NCBI GenBank assembly: GCA_040954595.2
Contig: CM082581.2
Coordinates: 11,468,286 to 11,532,285 of the forward strand
Reading direction: 5' to 3'
Origin: Balanoglossus misakiensis
Lineage: Eukaryota > Animalia > Hemichordata
DNA length: 64,000 nucleotides
A model generated the notes under the pieces. The model was not told the origin of the DNA. It did no database searches and saw nothing but the letters and a program-made list of their open reading frames with translations. The position numbers were made by a program, and so were the translations under genes. This document shows positions 56,301 through 64,000 of this stretch, in pieces (positions within the stretch are counted from its first letter, which is position 1; every line of letters starts with the position of its first letter).

Positions 56301-59300
56301 ACAATCTCATGATTTGATTATTTTCGTGAAGCTGTATGTGCCGTATACAAGAATTGTATAATAACTCACCACATCATGAGGTTGTACAAACAATGTCTTG
56401 AGTAGCATATCAACTGGTCTTAGTGCACTAGATGCCACTGCTTCAAACAGTCTGTGTAATGTATCGAGTCCTTGTTGGTTGTCAAGGTTTACCTACAAAC
56501 ATATAATTAATATCTTAAGTAGCTGTATCTCATCTGAAACTTCTCTGGTAATTCTGATGCATCACAGTCATTTCATCTCCAAATTAATTAAATCTCTGGA
56601 CACATGAACACAATTGAAACATTTTAAGAAATAAACAATCCTCATTTAGAACACCAGTACTACAGTGACTAATTACCTGATTCTTAGCAAGCAATGGTAA
56701 AACCATATCAATAACTTGTCTGGACAATCTCTTCCATTTCTCTTCACTTTCTCGGTGGTGTTGTTGTAAGACAACAATGAACATATCCAAAACCTGTAAT
56801 CCAGATCATCAAGGCTACAATTAGTAATGTGGACAACAACCAAAGTCATGTTGATACAGTCTGACAAATGCCATACAAATGACAAACGCAGTTATTAGAT
56901 CTCTCACCTCATGATACTGTATCAGTCGAATGAGCATGGATATAACCACTTCTCTCTGTGTATCCAATTCTTTCACCGAGTCTGATTTGTTGGAACCTCT
57001 CAACACAAATAAATCATTGACAATGGGTCTCAGAGCAGGAATTGCTGCAATTGTAAGAAAAAAAGCCACAAGCTAAATATTATGGGATATGACATACTTT
57101 GAGATAGTCCATGAGTTTTCAAATGGTATCATTGAACACTGATAACATTACAACAGTGAATTTAACCCTTTCACCCCCAGTTCCCTCTTTAGAGACCCAA
57201 CCCTACCATAGAAAACAATGGGCTTGGACTGAACCATGGTGGTGAAGGGGTTAATGTTTTCTGGATATCACAGGCAATTGAGTGACTTTCTACATCATCA
57301 TAGCTTCTGTACTAACAACAGAATGCATACATCCACAATACGAAACTATATTTGCCACAAACAGAAAATCTGATCATCAATGAATTTCCTACAATTGATT
57401 TTCTCTCACCATGTGTTGTAGCTTGTTGTCCACTTGCCATAATGCCATCACACAGCTGGATTATCTTGGGCATTCCTATGATGGCCTTGGTGTGGTATCT
57501 CTCATAGGATAATAACACCAGGAAGTGGAAAATGTGAGGGATCAGATTTTCTGATTCCCTAGAACAGAAACAGAAAGTGAAATGTCAATGGGAACTATCT
57601 TGTCAGTGTAAAGTATGGTGGGTCAACAAAAATAAGTTTCTGGACCAAACTGATCAGTTAGTGTACATGTAAGATTTCATTCAAATGTTCCATCAGGTAG
57701 GGCATCCATGCAGACAATCAGAGAGACTTATGGGTAATTCACGGCAACATGAAACTGAACCTACTTGATCTGACCTTCTTCTATGAATTCAAATTGTTTG
57801 ATGACAAAACCGATGAATATCTGCAGAGAGAAGTCAATATGCAATGTGTGTCAACTGCAGGTTCTTTGTGGAATCTCTTAACGCATATGCATATGCACAT
57901 ACACCCAGACACATACACACCCACTCACACACACACATGCATGTACACTCACTCTCACACATGCACATCCATAAACATTGTCACTCACCTGATCTGAGTC
58001 CAGCAGGCAATAATTGACTCGCAGTTGGACCAGCTGTGCCAACAAGTGTAGAACTTGTTGCTGCAGAGTCAGTGAACTTGTAATAGTGTACTGTTTCAAT
58101 GCTTTGATAACCAATGGTTCAAATAATCTGATGTAATTATGGATATGACTCTGAAAAATAAAACATGTATTGCCTTTGTAAGTAAACATGTCAGCCTAAT
58201 GGGATCAGTATTTAGTGCAATTTTCTCGCAGATTTCCATAATAATTTCCATAATAGTGTTTGCACATGAATGAAATACTATCTCAGGCAGCTCACGTACC
58301 TTGTCTTTACCAGATGGTTTAGAGCTTCTTCTGTCCCCACTTTTCTTTCTCATCCAGCTGAACCAACTGTGAAAAATATACAAATATCACTTTATCCAAT
58401 GTCCCACATGAACACAATGACAATACCCCTAAATAAGTGCCCATTAATTCCCTTCCACACAAAACTTCCTGCACAATAAATCTGGACCAGGCAGCTGCTG
58501 TTATTACCTTGAGCTTTCATGTTCCGTTTCTGCTTGTGTGACTGATTTGAAACTGGATGCGGCCAGTGATTGGGTGAACTGTGTGTACGGCATGGTGAAA
58601 CAGCTGTGGAAAAGGCCAGGTTTCATGTTGGATGTGAGTCTGGTTGCTTTTCCGGGTTTCCTGCTCCCACTCTGGCTGCTGGAACTCTCCCATTGACTTC
58701 CGAGGTTGGTGGAAAACAACGCTTTCAAAAGCTGTCAACAACAACACATCAGGGAACAGTTTTGTTAGCAAGGAAACTGAAGTGGTTCTTATATCTGGAA
58801 GGATGAGTTGATCAATCTGTAAAAAGGATTGCGAATGATGGCTACATAGATCTTGTGACTTATAATTCAATTACTATACTTTGTAATAGTCCTTCATACC
58901 TGTTGGACTGTCAATATTGTTGCTGTTGGTTCTCTTTGAACTGTAGATTTAAGGAATCCAAGCATTTCCTCTGAATACTGTAAAAAGAACAATGAACACA
59001 ATAGTAAGTTGGCTTGGTGCACAAAACAGGATTTCAGAGAATGAAGTAGGTTTAAAAAGTTTGTAAATATTGGCAATGCCACTTAGAAATACCAGTACCT
59101 TTCCAATTTCACTGAAGTTGGCAAATTCTAACAGTTGAGCTAATGTCTCCAAGGCTGTCCTAAGAAGTCCGCCAAACTTTTCAGTGCCACTCAAATCTAA
59201 CGTGATCTGTGAATAAACAAATGAGAAACGTTAAAGCAATGGGGCTGACACAAAGAATCTTTGACAAGAAGTTTTTCATTGTGCTGTAGTGTTCATTTCA

Positions 59301-60605
59301 AAGTGAGGTCGATATAATCATACAACTGTGTAACGAAAGGGGTATAGCTAAACTGTGAGAGGTCTTACACCCCTGTACGTCTGACACTAACCTTGTAGTT
59401 AGAATGGGCTCCCTTTAACACGTCATACAATCTCATGTACTGTGGCAGATGGAAGAATGCTCCAAGCTGCGTTTTACTAGACTTGGCATCTTTACTGTCT
59501 TTCTCTGTACCTTCATGTTTCTCTCCTGACAAAAACAGAAATATCAAGGGTAAAATGAATTTCAAACTGTGTGTGTCTGTGTGCTACGTGTGTGTGCGTG
59601 CCAACAGGAAACAAAATACTGGCACACATTCTGAATATATGGAATCAAATCTGACAATATTGAAAGGAAACGATTCTGAATACTGATTTACCTCCTTTAG
59701 CATCTTTACTTTGGGCCGATTTAGATGGGCTGATTGAAACACTGGTTTGGTCTAGACTTTCTTTCTCTTTTCCTTTGGTTTTCTTTTTGATTGGACTCAG
59801 TGATGTTCCAGTGGGAAGAGACGGCAATGAAGGCTTTGATAAAAATGGGACAGTGGGGAGAAAATATGTCAGTATGTAATATTCACAATTGCCTCACAGT
59901 GAATATTGTAAAAAGAAGGAAGGAATAACTACCTGTATTTTGGGAGGGCCCGGCTGGGTACCTTCTATGACATGAGCACACACATTGAGCAATCTTGCTA
60001 AATGTTGCAATAATTGATCAGCTATGGGGATCAAGGACTTATCATGAAAAGCTGACCAATTATCAAGCTCCTCTGATGATTCAGACTGGTTAGCTTTGTC
60101 GTTATTTGTCTTCAATGACTTGAAAGCAGCACCTGCAAAAATCACATCAAAGATAGGTTTAAGGTTTATTCACATTTATCTTGACAAATGCCTAATTGGC
60201 CATTTCCCTCAGAAGTGGAAGATTGGAAGAGATCCCTTGGTCCCATCAAGAAACAACAACGCAAGACCAAATTGTGGCGAGGAAATTTCATGATGGAGAG
60301 TACAAGATGTATTTACCTGCCATTAGATTGCCAGCCAATAACAAAGCATCTTGGTGAGTTGACAGATCCAATGGTAATGATGATGATGTCAGCATTGACA
60401 ATACCAGTGGTAGAACACCCCCACCAGATCCTGTGTTCAACTCTTCCAGGCTGATTGTGCTGGAAGTGCTTCCACCACTGAAACAAAACATCAGAAATGA
60501 AGGACTTTGATATGCATGCAAACTGCATTTAGACATTCAGACTTTTGTGCGGACCTTTCACTACCTCCAACTCTAACTTGCATTTTGGTGCTATACAAAC
60601 TTTGT

Positions 60606-60651
<46 letters not shown>

Positions 60652-63600
60652 CCTCACCTTGTAATGCTAGCAATGCTTCCACTACTGAATGTTCTAGTTG
60701 TTTGTCGATGTACCCTGTTAGCCTTAGAACCATCTTTTGGTGAGAGCGTGGTGATACTGGCACAGGACCAAGCACTGGCATACTGAATCACCGGGAACCG
60801 CATGGACAGTTCACACAGCGCATGGCAACATCCGGAGAGCAGATGCCTGGATGTGCAGGAGTTCATGGCCGTCACTAACTTATAAACAACCCTGGATAAT
60901 GCTGATTCCATGGTGAATGATGGTGTGAAAGTGTGGTCTTGAAAGACAGACATTGCTTTCATGGCAGTTGTGTGGGTATTGGTGTAGGGTGTCTGGTCTT
61001 GTAAGATGGGTTCCAAGTGATCACTGCTGTAGTCTTTAGCTTTCGTTATCACTGGATCATGTTGTGGGTGGTCCATGCCATAGAACATCTTTGGAACAAT
61101 CCTGAGAATAAACAAAGCATGTTACTGTTGTGTATAAAAACAGACAAATCGCAAAATGCATCTTCAGCAGCTGAAATGTTCTTGTCTTTCCAATCCATTT
61201 AAATACCTTCTAATGAATCAAATAATTCAATCCTAGATATAACACACTCACTCTACAATGGCTTTGGAAGCTGCATCTCTTACTCTGCCATCTTCATCTC
61301 CCAAAAGTTTAATCAACACATCTTGTAAGATTCGATCTTGCAGATGGAGGAACTGAAATTCACAAACAAAATGATAATACTGATAGTTATCCGACAAAAA
61401 ATGTTCATATGAGGGAAAGAAAGCATTACCAAAAAATTCTTACATTTCAGATGACCATATGAAGTAACATCACTAAATGAAACTACTTACTCCAAAGAAA
61501 TGGTGATCTCCTTTTCTGACATCAGTAAAAGTGTTTTCCAGAAAATGTACAAGTCTGAAATAAAAGTGAACAGTTTGTCATTAATATTGTGAATAAGGAA
61601 TTTTAGTTGAATTTTGTCTGTTGCAAATGGATGAATCTTGCAGGTAACATGGAGTGGTGTGTGATGGCATAACAACAAAACACCAGGATGTCGGGTCACT
61701 CAGAAAGTGACCTATAAGGAAAGTTTTGACTTACGTAAAATCAACTGAAGATAGTACATTGAGTAGCTTGACTTTGACAAGCCAATAGTTGTTGTTACTG
61801 AGAGGAAGCAATGCCAGAATTAATTTTAATCCCAGCTCCCCATGAACAGTATTGCACAAATGAGAGAGACATATCTGTAAGATAAACAGAATTACATACG
61901 GTTAGGCTAGTGTGTATAAAGCCTATGTCATACAATGATACTTTCACTTTTCATTGTCCTGTATATGCTGGAGAAAACAATAAAGGTTATATGGGTGAAA
62001 TGAGATCACTTGTGAATACATATATGTATGTCCGACGTACTGATCTTGATTGCTTATGACAAGTGAGGACTGAAAGGAAATTGTTTACCTTAATTGCAGA
62101 GCATAAATTCCTACTGGCACTGGATAAATCATCACTGAGAGATGCTGTCAATAATGACACCAAACTTTCCACTGACACTGGTTCTGGAATTTAAATGTCA
62201 TAAAAACTTGTACGTACAGTCACCTGTGGAATTCTGTTGCACAATAATTCTCTGTATCAAATAGTAACATCGAGTTGCATATTTGCAAATTGGAGTAAAG
62301 CAATAATAGAAACAAAGTTTGGTACCTGTCTGAAACTGCTCACATGCTGACTGTATTCCAGATTCAGGTTTGAAGTTGGATTCTGTGATCATAGACCTAA
62401 TCAACTGACCAATCAAAACAGCTGTATTTCCTTTCAATTGAGGATCATGATGACTGATGTATAGAACAACGTCTCTGATTAGCTGCTCATCTGAAAATAA
62501 AGGAGAAGAGAAGATCCAGATCTTATTTCACTGTACTCTTTTCTGAGCAACCCTTTTTAGTCAAAATAGATGGATTAAACATGATCTAAAAGTTTCACAC
62601 AAGATTACATACAACAGGGAACATTACAAAACACTCAATTACGAGTAATTTTATTAGAAACTCACCCTCCCTCTCCTCTGCACCATCCTCCATCTTAAAT
62701 AATTTGGCAAAGAAAACTTTGGGATAAAGACTGACAGCATTGCCCACACACGCAATTGCAAGTCCCTTGACGCTGACACGTACAAATCTGTCCGGAGTTA
62801 GACCTTTACTGTAGCCAGTCAGTAGATAAGATGCACACATTAACCTGACACAGTGTACAAGTGGGATATCATTGTCTGTGTAGTTGCCGATGTCGCCGTC
62901 TCTTATCCGGGCAGTACTGGTCAGAGTAATGCTACCACTTCCGGAGCTGTTCTCCCTGGAATGTGTGAAGATATCCAGCTGTTCCGTGCTGCCTCCTCCC
63001 CTTGGAGTTGCGGAAGAGGTGCTGGAGTCTGGCGTCCTTGCTCTCTCCACAGAGGGACTGACGCTAACTCTGATATCAGTGCTGCTGCCCTGCTGCGAGA
63101 TGCTGTCTCCCATGAGCGATGAACCTTTCTTGTCAGATCTGCTATCTCCATTAGAACTCTCAGACGTCTCAAAGACTTCATCATCTGCAACGGGAGACGC
63201 GTCGTCATCAGTTTCTCCGATAGCAACATTAGAGTATGACCCTAAATCTTCATCTTGTTGTACTATCATGTCACCATCATCAGTAAATGCATCCAGGTAT
63301 CTGGGGTCTTTCTCCGTGGTTTCTGAAGATGTTGGTTCTTCCCTTCCCGCTTCCGTTGTCATGGCATCTGTCTGATCTGACGGAGATTTATCAAGCTGCT
63401 GAGCGTCATCTTGGAGTTCTTCTAATCCAGAGTCTTCATCACCAGCCTCTGATGGCAGTCTACCAGCTTGACCTGCCAAAATCAAAATTAATGTCAGAAA
63501 GAACAAAAAACAACAAAGGAGACCCAGTGGCCAATAGAGCTCTGTTATTATGTGTTGCTAAAATTAATGATCAGATAACAAGCACACATTTATACAGAAA

Positions 63601-63879
63601 GTATAAAAATAACTCAGGGCATCTGAACACGTCTTGACTTTCTGCATTTAAATACAGCCCTCATTTACCTTCTAAATTGTCTTCACTTGTGTTTTGCCTT
63701 AACAGCATGTCCTGTCCACTCTCTGCAAATATTGTCTTCCTCGCTATACCGTTGGGTGACAACAATACACTCAACAGCAGTGATGGTGGGGTGCGTAACA
63801 GTTGTTGTAATGTCTCCAGTGATGCTGTGATGACATTGTGATCTTGATGTTGACTGTAGTGCAACACTAACTCATAAAT
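47303..63879 (-). CDS. HTT: Huntingtin, 5'-partial (N-terminus and polyQ region outside the window)
   Basis: Exons (high-low): 63879-63669, 63472-62666, 62490-62326, 62183-62089, 61874-61735, 61554-61491, 61352-61252, 61101-60658, 60477-60317, 60132-59933, 59833-59692, 59525-59392, 59206-59099, 58977-58900, 58731-58508, 58366-58300, 58150-57989, 57820-57765, 57558-57410, 57044-56908, 56793-56677, 56492-56370, 56239-55995, 55798-55656, 55495-55161, 54929-54826, 54672-54340, 54192-54072, 53890-53771, 53581-53144, 52968-52791, 52426-52349, 51473-51159, 50971-50880, 50732-50509, 50409-50307, 50202-49981, 49850-49695, 49549-49362, 49166(or 49172)-49055, 48917-48586, 48416-48254, 47994-47834, 47653-47563, 47407-47303. 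Huntingtin motifs: [103 protein letters not shown]. Confidence 0.97.
47654..47833 (-). other. U12-type (minor spliceosome) GT-AG intron in huntingtin
   Basis: Donor GTATCCTTT is a perfect U12 consensus. A branch-like TACTTAAC lies about 11 nt before the exon start, with no polypyrimidine tract. Splicing restores the frame [15 protein letters not shown]. Confidence 0.88.
51555..51648. mobile_element. TTAA-flanked MITE of about 86 bp (piggyBac-like termini), copy 1
   Basis: TTAA|CCCTTTCACC...GGTGGAAGGG|TTAA. The interior aligns with the reverse complement of 57166-57250. Confidence 0.8.
57162..57254. mobile_element. TTAA-flanked MITE of about 85 bp (piggyBac-like termini), copy 2, opposite orientation
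   Basis: TTAA|CCCTTTCACC...GGTGAAGGGG|TTAA. Its reverse complement shares the blocks ACCACCATGGTT, TCTATGGTA and CTCTAAAGAGGGAA with copy 1. Confidence 0.8.
57890..57966. repeat. Degenerate (CA)n tract, UG-rich in the HTT transcript
   Basis: Directly visible, shortly after the donor at 57988. Confidence 0.75.
60607..60650. repeat. (GATT)11 microsatellite beginning 8 nt into a huntingtin intron
   Basis: Directly visible; the donor is at 60657. Confidence 0.95.
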
Positions 63880-64000
63880 CTGATGACACAAGAAAGTAAT
63901 ACATTCATTTGGGAATTTAAACACTGAGTAAATCAAATGAGGAGAAATAAAAAAAAGCACAAAAACTTGGCAACTTTTGTTAAAAAAATAAAGTATTTGT

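Noticed and set aside
62884-63375. 163-aa + strand ORF and other antisense ORFs over HTT, SDR and TTC31 exons
   Set aside because: Shadow frames of real coding exons.
47303-64000. Huntingtin polyQ tract
   Set aside because: The N-terminal exons lie beyond the window, so it cannot be assessed.

Overview
Eukaryotic, AT-rich, intron-dense DNA from an invertebrate animal. The huntingtin, TAPP and huckebein sequences suggest a non-vertebrate bilaterian, plausibly a hemichordate, echinoderm or amphioxus-grade deuterostome (inference). Positions 1-18 kb are a gene desert rich in transcription-factor motifs, upstream of a two-exon huckebein C2H2 zinc-finger gene (+, 18109-20997). A possible intronless TATA-driven orphan ORF follows (24015-24377). 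Next is an 18-exon TTC31-like gene (+, 25936-31474) with J-domain/coiled-coil/TPR/UBA/RRM/CCCH architecture. The rest is a tight minus-strand tandem cluster: huntingtin (5' end outside the window), a CsgA/C-factor-like SDR, an RNF24/RNF122 RING-H2 ligase and PLEKHA1/2 (TAPP). Huntingtin carries a U12-type intron near its 3' end and two copies of a TTAA-flanked MITE. I saw no CRISPR array, tRNA/rRNA gene or intact transposase. Exon boundaries were read by hand, and the complete gene models sum to multiples of 3.
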